A stretch of DNA of 64,000 nt from Nanobdellota archaeon (GTDB lineage: Archaea; Nanobdellota; Nanobdellia; Woesearchaeales; GW2011-AR4). Each line of letters begins with the position of its first letter. Positions within the stretch are counted from its first letter, which is position 1. Both the position numbers and the translations under genes were made by a program. The notes beneath the pieces are model-generated. The model made no database searches. It was given only the letters and a program-made list of their open reading frames with translations, and was not told the DNA's origin. The DNA lies in NCBI GenBank assembly GCA_038046385.1, contig JBBSWH010000011.1, positions 32,001-96,000 on the forward strand. Direction: 5' to 3'. Of the stretch, positions 48,108 through 56,988 are shown one piece after another.

Positions 48108-50648
48108 CTACATGCAAAGGCCCCATCCGCATCCGGGACAGTGCAGGCATCCTTCTTTTATCTCAACTTTTGCGCCGCATTCAGGGCAGTTTTTGATTGT
48201 AGTCTTTGTCATTGGAGCAGATACTTTGTCTGCAAACACAAGGTTTCCGGATTCCTTAACAGCAGCCTGCTGTACTGGAATTGCTTGTGGAGCTGGCTTT
48301 GCTTCTTTCTCCTCCCTTGCTTTTGGCGCAACCAATACCTGATCCTTGATGCTGGAATCCCTGAACACTGTGACATCTTTGCATCCAATCTTGTAAGCCA
48401 GTATGAAACTTTGCCTCATATCTTCAAGAGTTGCATCTGCAGGGAAATTATTTGTCTTTGAGATGCTTGAGTCTACCCATCTTTGGAAAGATGCCAATGC
48501 CATTATATGCTCTTCAGGAGTTATGTCCATTGCAGTCACAAGCGCTTTTTTTATGTGCTCTGGCACATAATCGAGGCTTTGTATGCTTCCCTTGTTTTGG
48601 TTAATATCTTCCATTACTTTATCGTTCAGCAAGCCTTCTTCTCTTAAGACCTTTTCTCCTGCAGGGTCAATGTAGAAGAATTTTCCAACAGCAACGTTTT
48701 TTTCATAAACAAGGCTGTAGACCGGTTCCATTCCAGATGAACAGCCAGCTATCATTGAGATGCTTCCGGTTGGCGCAATTATTGTAGTGTATCCATTTCT
48801 TATGCCATACTTCTTCATGTCGTTGCTTATCTTTTCCCAGTTTAATTTTGCATTCCCTCTGTATGGGCCGCTTATTGGATGCCTGCCCTGCTTGTAGAAG
48901 CTCTTGTCATAGTAAGGCAAGTTCCCTCTTGCTTTCGCAAGCTCTATGCTTTCAACCTTGCTCCAGTAAGCAACAAACTCCATAAGCTGTTCCATAAAAT
49001 TCCTTCCTTCCTCTGAATTGAACGGAAGCTTTAGTTCATAAAGCAGATTTGCAACTCCCATAACTCCAAGGCCAACTTTCCTTGTCGAAAGGCTCATCTC
49101 TTCTATAGCTTTCAATGGGAAATTGTTAACATCAATCACATTATCAAGGAACCTTGTTGAGCTCATTACAACTTCTTTCAATGCATCCCAGTCAACTGTC
49201 GTTTGGCCATGCTCATCCATTCTTGCAAATGCCCATACATTGATTGATCCAAGGTTGCATGGCTCATTCGGATACAAAAGAACTTCTCCGCAAGGGTTTG
49301 TTGTTACGATTGGCCCAAGATGCTCAAAGAACGGGTTGTATTCGTTTACTTTATCGTAGAAAATAACTCCCGGTTCAGCAGATTCCCATGCCTGATAAAC
49401 AATTTTGTCAAACAATACTCTTGGGTTAACTGTCTTTACAATCTTGCCGTCTTTCGGATTAACCAATGGGTACGGCTCGTTCTTTTCATAGTGTTCCCAG
49501 AAATCTGGCATTATCAAGACGCTTATGTTAAAGTTCCTCAATGCTTTGTTTCCGTCTTTTGCTGTTATGAACTTCTCAATGTCAGGATGATTTGAGTTAA
49601 GGATGCCCATATTGGCGCCTCTTCTTATACCCCCTTGTTTGATGACTTCTGTCATTGTATCAAACAGCCTCATGAAGCTTAATGGGCCTGATGCTGTTCC
49701 GCCTGTTGAAGAAACAAAATCTCCCTCTGGCCTTAATTTTGAAAAATTGTAGCCCATTCCTCCGCCAGCTTTGAATACTATTGCTGTATTCTTTAGAGTC
49801 TCCATTATGCCATCTATACTATCTGGCACATCAAGAACAAAGCATGCGCTTCCCATTCCCAATGGATTTCCAAAATTTGCAATTGCAGGAGTATTCGGCA
49901 TGAATAGCTTCTGTGTCATAAGATTGTACAGTTCATCCAGATTTTTTTCATAATTGTCAAAGTCGCCTTTCTTAATCATGTCAAAAAATTTGCTCCACGT
50001 TACTTTCATCTGCTTGTTTCTGTTAAAGCGGTCATACATCCTCTTCACAGCTTCAAGATGGTATCTGTTCAGCTTGTACTTTCCAACACCATACTGGTTT
50101 TCATGCACAGCTGGCCTAAACTCTTCAACAATGTTGGTCTGCTGCTGGCCGCTTATGTCAAAAACTTTTGAATCATAGAATAAATCAGGAAGTGCAGCAT
50201 GCACAGCTACCCTTGTGAAAAGCTGTTTTGGAGTTTCAATCAGCTTGCCTGTTGCATCCCTTCTCAAGTATCTTGCTTTTAGGACTCTTAGAGCATTAAC
50301 ATCAAACTTCTTGTCAACTTCATCCACTTCTTCCTTTTCAAGCACAATCTGCTTTTCTTTCCTAACAGCAGCTCTCTGTTCCCTATAAAGTATGAATGCT
50401 TTTGCTGTTGTTGCATGCCCTTCTTCCATAAGCACTTTTTCAACAGTGTCCTGGATTTCTTCAACAGAAGGGGTTGTTTTTAATGCTTCCAGCCTTTGCA
50501 TGACTATATTACTAAGCTGCTGCGCTAATTTTCGGTCTTTTCCGCCAACTGACTGGGCCGCTTTCCATATTACATTTGTAATTTTTGACTGATTGAATGA
50601 AACTACGCTACCGTCCCTTTTCTTTATCCTAGAAATTTTTGATTCCAT
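48108..50648 (-). CDS. nrdJ: Class II ribonucleotide reductase with ATP cone and C-terminal Zn ribbon
   Basis: IKKRDG ATP cone, SACFVL, QGGIRRGANM, TNPCGE, CPEC..CPGC; start MESKI after GGAGG. Confidence 0.95.
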   Translation of the reverse strand: MESKISRIKKRDGSVVSFNQSKITNVIWKAAQSVGGKDRKLAQQLSNIVMQRLEALKTTPSVEEIQDTVEKVLMEEGHATTAKAFILYREQRAAVRKEKQIVLEKEEVDEVDKKFDVNALRVLKARYLRRDATGKLIETPKQLFTRVAVHAALPDLFYDSKVFDISGQQQTNIVEEFRPAVHENQYGVGKYKLNRYHLEAVKRMYDRFNRNKQMKVTWSKFFDMIKKGDFDNYEKNLDELYNLMTQKLFMPNTPAIANFGNPLGMGSACFVLDVPDSIDGIMETLKNTAIVFKAGGGMGYNFSKLRPEGDFVSSTGGTASGPLSFMRLFDTMTEVIKQGGIRRGANMGILNSNHPDIEKFITAKDGNKALRNFNISVLIMPDFWEHYEKNEPYPLVNPKDGKIVKTVNPRVLFDKIVYQAWESAEPGVIFYDKVNEYNPFFEHLGPIVTTNPCGEVLLYPNEPCNLGSINVWAFARMDEHGQTTVDWDALKEVVMSSTRFLDNVIDVNNFPLKAIEEMSLSTRKVGLGVMGVANLLYELKLPFNSEEGRNFMEQLMEFVAYWSKVESIELAKARGNLPYYDKSFYKQGRHPISGPYRGNAKLNWEKISNDMKKYGIRNGYTTIIAPTGSISMIAGCSSGMEPVYSLVYEKNVAVGKFFYIDPAGEKVLREEGLLNDKVMEDINQNKGSIQSLDYVPEHIKKALVTAMDITPEEHIMALASFQRWVDSSISKTNNFPADATLEDMRQSFILAYKIGCKDVTVFRDSSIKDQVLVAPKAREEKEAKPAPQAIPVQQAAVKESGNLVFADKVSAPMTKTTIKNCPECGAKVEIKEGCLHCPGCGWGLCM

Positions 50649-50709
50649 ATTTATCTGACCCTCCTTCGGCAAAATCTTATTTTCGCTTATTTTCACTACT
50701 TTATCGAAA

Positions 50710-50757
50710 CCACAATAGGTAGTATGTATGATGACGTCTGCATACTACAGGTAGTGG
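50710..50757. promoter_or_regulatory. Tandem NrdR-box-like sites
   Basis: CCACAATAGGTAGTAT and ATACTACAGGTAGTGG, starts 32 bp apart, upstream of nrdJ. Confidence 0.7.
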
Positions 50758-50832
50758 TTTTTTAACGCTGACCTAATATTTAAAGATTGTGTTTTTATTG
50801 TAACAATTGACTTAAAAATTTTATATAAATTA

Positions 50833-50986
50833 TAAATAACGCAGACTTGTTACTCTATATACATTTACAACAAGTCTGCGGGATTGTAAATTTATCGTGG
50901 AACAAAGTTCCGCGGATATCCGCTGAGCTTTGCTCAGCGAATACATGCAAAATCATTGGGTTTTTATACCCATGAATTTACAATAA
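50833..50986. repeat. Double-hairpin element, family A copy 3 (inverted)
   Basis: AAATAACGCAGACT..AGTCTGCG-GG-ATTGTAAATT..AATTTACAATAA. Confidence 0.85.
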
Positions 50987-51074
50987 ACTTCATAATACTT
51001 TTAAATCAAGAATTTGTAGTTGCTTTCCCTTTAAAAATCTTAGGCAAGCATGTCCAGTGGTTTTTATATGTAGC

Positions 51075-51200
51075 CTCAAAGTTAGCATCAATATGCGAAG
51101 GCATTTTATTTATCCAGCTAATATGGCAGGGGGAAGCCCCTTACGGGGATGCCATATAATCTAAACCCTGTAGACAGCCTGAGCCGATGCTAACTTTGGC
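51075..51200 (-). ncRNA. Candidate structured ncRNA of unknown class
   Basis: 13-bp closing stem CAAAGTTAGCATC/GATGCTAACTTTG; inner TATGGCA/TGCCATA and CCCC-GTAA-GGGG; upstream TTTATAAA. Confidence 0.45.
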
Positions 51201-51274
51201 AAATCCATGCCAAACGTTTATAAACCGATAAAAATACCAAAATACGTTACAAAATTCTTATTTTGTGCTTGACA

Positions 51275-51814
51275 ATGAGAACAATAAACGCAAAAGGACA
51301 TGAATTTATATCGCATCCGGTTAGGGACTCCTATGACAGAAGAGCGCAGCAGTTCAAAAACAAGATAATTTTGGCATTGGGAAAAATTGGATTGACAGAA
51401 GATGATGTTGAAATAGATCTTGAGCCTTCGGCTGTTAAATCAGCGCCTGCATCTGCAGCGTGGTACATGGAAGGGCATTATATGCATTACAGCCACAATT
51501 CACCAAGAAAATACGTTGAAAACCTTTCTGTTGTGCTAAAAGTGATTGAGCTTGAAGTTGATGCACTTATTCATGGGCGCAAGACAATACGGGATTTCAT
51601 CACAGAATTCTCTGAAGACAAAGAAGTCGAAAAGCTAAGGAAAGAAGCGCGCGAGGTGCTTGGGATTGGCGAAGATGTGCATGACCTTAACTTAATTGAT
51701 GCAAACTACAAAGCGCTTGCCAAGAAACACCATCCTGACATGCCTGATGGAGATATTGTAAAGTTCAAAGAAATCAACCACGCGCATAAGATACTAAAGA
51801 GAGAGTTGCAGTAA
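51275..51814 (+). CDS. C-terminal J-domain protein
   Basis: YKALAKKHHPD...FKEINHAH..L. Confidence 0.85.
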   Translation: MRTINAKGHEFISHPVRDSYDRRAQQFKNKIILALGKIGLTEDDVEIDLEPSAVKSAPASAAWYMEGHYMHYSHNSPRKYVENLSVVLKVIELEVDALIHGRKTIRDFITEFSEDKEVEKLRKEAREVLGIGEDVHDLNLIDANYKALAKKHHPDMPDGDIVKFKEINHAHKILKRELQ

Positions 51815-51959
51815 CTGTATTTTTCTGGATTGAGTTTAACATAGTGGGTGATTGTTCGTTTTTGTAAAGGCTGGCTTTTGTATTGTAGTATCTTTAGAGT
51901 AGTAAACAACCAAAACGTTTAAATACTTGCCATTTACTCTATATTTTAGGTGAATTGAT

Positions 51960-52316
51960 ATGGACGAAAATTTATCTGTTGAACAAAGGATAGCAAGATT
52001 CTTAGAAGCAAACGATATTACTATTATTCCCGTAAATGGGGGCGATGGAATAGAAATATTAGAGTTTGTACAACATATGACTGGCGGGACGACAAGAGAA
52101 TTAGGTGGAATATTCTATAATCGTGACGTAGGAATGACACAAGCAGCCGATGTTCCTCGTCTAGGGCAGTGCCTTCAACTCCCAGAATTTGTTGCTGAAG
52201 TTAGAAGGCCAATGTCACAACTTTTAGCACAAGTCAAGGGTGACTTTTATGCTGATCAATTAGGACCAATACATGATGCTTGTGACAAAGTAGAAGCAAA
52301 GTATGCAGGAAGATAA
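51960..52316 (+). CDS. Hypothetical protein
   Basis: TATA box, AGGTGA SD, clean ORF. Confidence 0.6.
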   Translation: MDENLSVEQRIARFLEANDITIIPVNGGDGIEILEFVQHMTGGTTRELGGIFYNRDVGMTQAADVPRLGQCLQLPEFVAEVRRPMSQLLAQVKGDFYADQLGPIHDACDKVEAKYAGR

Positions 52317-52433
52317 GGCACCTGTTTTTTCTTATTATTTTCAAATTTATATGAAATTCTGCTTTATTTTAATTCAGCTGCCAATTACAATTAACATTTT
52401 TTTGATGCAGTTAAATCAGCCTAACTATTAGAA

Positions 52434-53969
52434 TCACTCAACAATCTTCCCTAACTTGCTTAACTCCTCCCCCTCAAACATCCTTATAATCACGTCTTTC
52501 AGTTCAGTAATCTTAACGCGAGCTTGTTCTGTTGTATCTCTAGACCTTATCGTAACAGTCTCATCTTCCAAACCTTCAAAATCTATCGTAATACAGGCAT
52601 AAGCTCCAATCTCATCCATTCTTGCGTACCTTCTTCCGATTGAGCCGGAAACGTCAAAAGAGCAAGTCCATTCTTTCTTGAGCATGTTATAGACTTCTCT
52701 TGCCTTGTCAACAACTTCTTTCTTGTTAGACACAAGTGGAAACACTCCTAATTTGACAGGCGCTAATTTAGGATGAAGTTTTAAAACAACATTCTCCCTT
52801 GACTTGTCAAAATGATAAGCGTCAAACAAGAACACAAGGAAAGCCCTTTCAACACCCATCGAAGGCTCGCAGATTACATGCGGAATTATCTTTTTCTTTG
52901 TTTCCTCATCAAATATTGAAAGATCAGTTTTTGAATGCTCAATATGCTGCTTCAAATCAAAATCCGTTCTATTACTTAACCCTTGTAATTCTTTCCACCC
53001 AAAAGGAAATTCGTATTCCAAATCCCAAGTATCAAGAGCATAATGCGATAATTCATCATGAACATGCTGCCTTATCCTGAAATGATCCGGTTTGACTCCA
53101 AGATTTACAAACCACTGGTGCATTGATGCCAGCCAGTAAGCGTGCCACTTTGTTTTTATTATCTTCTTAGACAAGCATTCTTTGATTGACATTTTTTCAT
53201 GTTTCTTGCCATGACCCTGCATCTCTGCAGAATAAACATTCATTTCATGGTCAATTACATCATCAATGAAAGCGCATTCGTTTTGCTTTTCCGGATGAAC
53301 AAAATATTCTATCTCCATCTGCTCAAATTCTCTCATTCTAAAGAGAAAATCTCTAGGAGAAATTTCATTTCTGAAGGATTTTCCGATTTGCGCAATTCCA
53401 AACGGAAGCTTCATCCGTGCATTTTCCTGCACCAGTTTGAAATTTGCAAAAATAACCTGTGCAGTTTCAGGACGAAGATAAGCAACAGAACCGGAAACAG
53501 GACCGACATTCGTGGAGAACATCAAATTGAACATCTTTGGCTCTCCAAGTTCTGCATTGCCGCACTTTGTACACCTTAATTTGTGCTCTTTTATTTTTGA
53601 ATCCATATCTGAAATAGACATTCCTGCTGTCTCTATCTTCAGCTTGTCCTCTATCAAAGTGTCTGCCCTAAAACGTGCATTGCACTTCTTGCAGTCAACC
53701 AGCACATCTGTGAATCCATCAACGTGACCGGAAGCTTTCCACACAGTCGGATGGTTTACAATACTTCCGTCAATTCCGGCAATATCTTCCCTTTCCTGAA
53801 CAAAAATCTTCCACCACTGCTGCTTGATGTTGTTTTTTAATTCAACGCCCAGATGACCAAAATCATAGAATCCCGATATGCCGCCGTAAATCTCAGAGTT
53901 TGGATACACAAATCCCTTTCTCTTGCAAAAAACAGCCATATCATCAATTGTAAGCTTTTGCTTTTCCAT
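52434..53969 (-). CDS. glyS: Glycine-tRNA ligase (alpha2 type)
   Basis: LRPETAQ, FRNEISPR, REFEQME, IGRRYAR.DE. Confidence 0.96.
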   Translation of the reverse strand: MEKQKLTIDDMAVFCKRKGFVYPNSEIYGGISGFYDFGHLGVELKNNIKQQWWKIFVQEREDIAGIDGSIVNHPTVWKASGHVDGFTDVLVDCKKCNARFRADTLIEDKLKIETAGMSISDMDSKIKEHKLRCTKCGNAELGEPKMFNLMFSTNVGPVSGSVAYLRPETAQVIFANFKLVQENARMKLPFGIAQIGKSFRNEISPRDFLFRMREFEQMEIEYFVHPEKQNECAFIDDVIDHEMNVYSAEMQGHGKKHEKMSIKECLSKKIIKTKWHAYWLASMHQWFVNLGVKPDHFRIRQHVHDELSHYALDTWDLEYEFPFGWKELQGLSNRTDFDLKQHIEHSKTDLSIFDEETKKKIIPHVICEPSMGVERAFLVFLFDAYHFDKSRENVVLKLHPKLAPVKLGVFPLVSNKKEVVDKAREVYNMLKKEWTCSFDVSGSIGRRYARMDEIGAYACITIDFEGLEDETVTIRSRDTTEQARVKITELKDVIIRMFEGEELSKLGKIVE

Positions 53970-54008
53970 AATATAGAAAAATAATTAATTGGCTTATAAA
54001 ATTTTGCT

Positions 54009-54938
54009 TTAAACAGCGCTTTTCTCATGATTCAATTCTCTGTAAGACATCCAGAAGAAATAACCCACTATTGTAAAAGTAACGACTGGCGAAAACCATG
54101 AAGGAATGTGCTTCCCGAAGCTGTCAAGAAGCATTATCATTCCCAAGGCGAATATCGAGTACATCGCCCCGTTCTTCAGGTATTTGTATTTTTTGACATT
54201 TTCTATGTTGCTTACTGTTAATTGTCTTACAACCAAAGCGCCTATCCCATTTCCTATTAATATCAGCGGTATTGACAAAGTAAATGCAAAAGCGCCAAGT
54301 ATCCCGTCTATTGAAAATGTTGCGTCTATAACTTCAAGATAAAGTATCTTGCTTAAATCACTCATCTTGTTGCCTTCAATCATCCTTTTCTCAGCCTGCT
54401 CTGCATTCTCCTTGAAGCCGTGCGTTATGAAAAAAGCAGTCGAGCCGACAACAGCGCCAAATGCCATGAAAGGATTTTTTTCCATTGAAAACCACACAAT
54501 TGCTGTCAAGATTACAGAAACAACTGCAAAAAACCACACTCCCTGTTTGTGAATAAATCTTTCTCCCTGCAGCCCATAATGCTTTTCCTCAAGGAAAATC
54601 CAGTGGAAAAACAAGAATACCAGGAATGTGCCTCCTCCTGTCAGTAATATGGGAGACGACGCTTCTATGACCTCGGCTATATGAGGATCTCCGGAAAATG
54701 AGGCTGTAAACGCTTCTATCGGGCCTATCCCTGGCGTGCTTAGCCATACAATAAGCCAAGGCAACACCCCTCTGACAAGAAAAACTGCAATCAGTATTCC
54801 CCAGAGAAGAAACCATTTTCTTCCTTTTTTGGACATTGTGCCGAGAACTTCAGCGTTTATTATTGCGTTGTCCACGCTGATTATTACTTCAAAGAGGATT
54901 AATCCTCCAACTATAAATAATGCCGAAAAAAGGTCCAT
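54009..54938 (-). CDS. TerC-like DUF475 membrane protein
   Basis: SVDNAIINA, LYLEVIDATFSIDG. Confidence 0.9.
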   Translation of the reverse strand: MDLFSALFIVGGLILFEVIISVDNAIINAEVLGTMSKKGRKWFLLWGILIAVFLVRGVLPWLIVWLSTPGIGPIEAFTASFSGDPHIAEVIEASSPILLTGGGTFLVFLFFHWIFLEEKHYGLQGERFIHKQGVWFFAVVSVILTAIVWFSMEKNPFMAFGAVVGSTAFFITHGFKENAEQAEKRMIEGNKMSDLSKILYLEVIDATFSIDGILGAFAFTLSIPLILIGNGIGALVVRQLTVSNIENVKKYKYLKNGAMYSIFALGMIMLLDSFGKHIPSWFSPVVTFTIVGYFFWMSYRELNHEKSAV

Positions 54939-55016
54939 TTTTACATAATAATTATTTTAATTTAAAAGTGTTTTGTTTTCAATAACTTAATAAAACCGTA
55001 AATCTTCCTTTCTAAT

Positions 55017-56231
55017 ATGCATCCTTTTACTCATAAATACAGGCCAAAGAATACAAAAGATATAATTGGCCAGGAAGAGAATTTAACCCAGTTAAGGGAT
55101 TTTATTTTAAATTTCACAAAACACAAAAAGAATTCTGCATTTGTTTACGGTCCAAGCGGAACAGGAAAAACCTCATCGGTTTATGCGATTGCATCTGACC
55201 TGGGCCTGGAAATAATTGAAGTCAACGCATCTGATTTCAGAAATGCAGATCAGGTAAACCAGAAAGTTGGCAACGCAATAAAGCAGCAAAGCCTTTTTGC
55301 AAAAAGCAAATTAATTCTTGTTGACGAAGTTGACGGGCTATCAGGCCATCAGGACAGGGGAGGAATTCAGGCAATCATAAAACTGATAGAAGAATCAAAA
55401 TATCCTATAATTCTCACTGCAACAAACCCTTTTGACAACAAATTTTCATCATTAAGATCAAAATCCCTGATGGTTGAATTCAAAGGCCATGATTACATGT
55501 CAATCTTTGCAATTCTAAAAAACATTTGCGAAAAGGAAAAAATAAAGCATGATGATGAAACTTTAAAATCACTTTCAAGAAGATCAGGCGGAGACGCACG
55601 CGCTGCAATCAACGATTTGCAGAACATTGCAAATGAAAAAAAAGAGCTGGTTAAGGAAAGCATTTTGGAATTAGAGGACAGGCAGAAGACCGAAAACATA
55701 ATGACTGCACTGAATAAAATTTTTAAGACAACAGATCTGAAAATTGCAATTTCTGCGTTTGACAATGTTGACGAAGATTTAGACGAGCAATTATTGTGGA
55801 TAGACGAGAATCTGCCGAAAGAATACACAAAAGCAAAAGACCTTGCAGAAGCATACGATAAATTAAGCAAAGCCGATGTCTTCAGCAGAAGGATCAGGAG
55901 ATGGCAGCACTGGAGATTTCTTGTTTACATCAATGCTTTGATAACCGCTGGAATCGCTTCTTCAAAAGATGAGCGCTACAAGGAGCTTGTTTCATATAAA
56001 CCAACAGGAAGAATCTTGAAATTGTGGTGGGCAAAGCAGAAGGCCGCAAAGAAAAAAAGCATTGCAGAGAAGATTGGGACAAAGACGCACGCGTCAACAA
56101 AAGACACTTTGAAAAGCACAATGCCTTACCTTCCAGTAATGTTCAGAAACAAGGAAATGAAATCTCAGCTGATACATGAGCTTGAGCTTGACGACGAAGA
56201 AGTTGAATGGCTTGAGAAGCAGATAAAATGA
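55017..56231 (+). CDS. rfcL: Replication factor C large subunit
   Basis: KYRP, GPSGTGKT, EVNASD, DEVDG, WIDENLP. Confidence 0.94.
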   Translation: MHPFTHKYRPKNTKDIIGQEENLTQLRDFILNFTKHKKNSAFVYGPSGTGKTSSVYAIASDLGLEIIEVNASDFRNADQVNQKVGNAIKQQSLFAKSKLILVDEVDGLSGHQDRGGIQAIIKLIEESKYPIILTATNPFDNKFSSLRSKSLMVEFKGHDYMSIFAILKNICEKEKIKHDDETLKSLSRRSGGDARAAINDLQNIANEKKELVKESILELEDRQKTENIMTALNKIFKTTDLKIAISAFDNVDEDLDEQLLWIDENLPKEYTKAKDLAEAYDKLSKADVFSRRIRRWQHWRFLVYINALITAGIASSKDERYKELVSYKPTGRILKLWWAKQKAAKKKSIAEKIGTKTHASTKDTLKSTMPYLPVMFRNKEMKSQLIHELELDDEEVEWLEKQIK

Positions 56232-56563
56232 AATTCATAACATCGGAAGAGCTTGCAAATTCAAAAGATAAAAATTTATTTCTTTTGGACATAAGGGACG
56301 ATGACACATATTCTGATGGCCACATTGAAAACTCTTTGCAGATTGACGTCTACATTGAGTTAAAGTTAGGAAACATAAAAAAAGTAAAAGAAAAGTTTTC
56401 ACACCTTCCAAAAAACAAGACAATAATCACAATTTGCAACGCAGGAATCACAGCGCAAAAAGCTTCTGCAGTTCTTGAAGAAATGGGATACAAAACAAAA
56501 GTCCTTGAAGGCGGGATGATGGCATGGGGCGGGAATAATCCTGTAAAGACCGGGTTTAAGTGA
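56228..56563 (+). CDS. Rhodanese domain protein
   Basis: LDIR...GHI...ICNAG...LEGGMMAW. Confidence 0.9.
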   Translation: MKFITSEELANSKDKNLFLLDIRDDDTYSDGHIENSLQIDVYIELKLGNIKKVKEKFSHLPKNKTIITICNAGITAQKASAVLEEMGYKTKVLEGGMMAWGGNNPVKTGFK

Positions 56564-56614
56564 AGTTTTGGATAAGCTAATTAAAGAAATAATCAAATCT
56601 GGATTGTTGATACA

Positions 56615-56929
56615 TCAAGCAATAATGCTTTTAGATAATGCCCAATTTATAGTTTTTAAAAGTGATAATCTCTGTGCTTCAGCGGCGCTAAGGGCTGTTG
56701 GATTAGACTCGCTCTCATTAACAGCGCGCTCAAGTTCTCCAAAATCAACTTCAGTGCCGGGCTTTATATCAAAAACAAACATTAAGGTTCTTTGTTCAGG
56801 AGTATACTTTCTCAATAAATGCCCAAATTTTATAACATAATCCATATCCTGGGACCTCCCGTATGGTGATGGTGCATCTGATGTTGTTACATTTGGCGTT
56901 GTCATACCTTCAGGGTAATCATATTTCAT
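56615..56929 (-). CDS. Hypothetical protein
   Basis: ATG-started ORF filling the gap before valS. Confidence 0.5.
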   Translation of the reverse strand: MKYDYPEGMTTPNVTTSDAPSPYGRSQDMDYVIKFGHLLRKYTPEQRTLMFVFDIKPGTEVDFGELERAVNESESNPTALSAAEAQRLSLLKTINWALSKSIIA

Positions 56930-56988
56930 TTATAAATCTAACTTTTAGAAACAATAAAATTAAAAACCGCCAATGTAAACTTCTGTTT

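Noticed and set aside
51075-51200. 5S rRNA
   Set aside because: Length fits, but conserved 5S motifs such as CCGAAC and the expected helix layout are absent.
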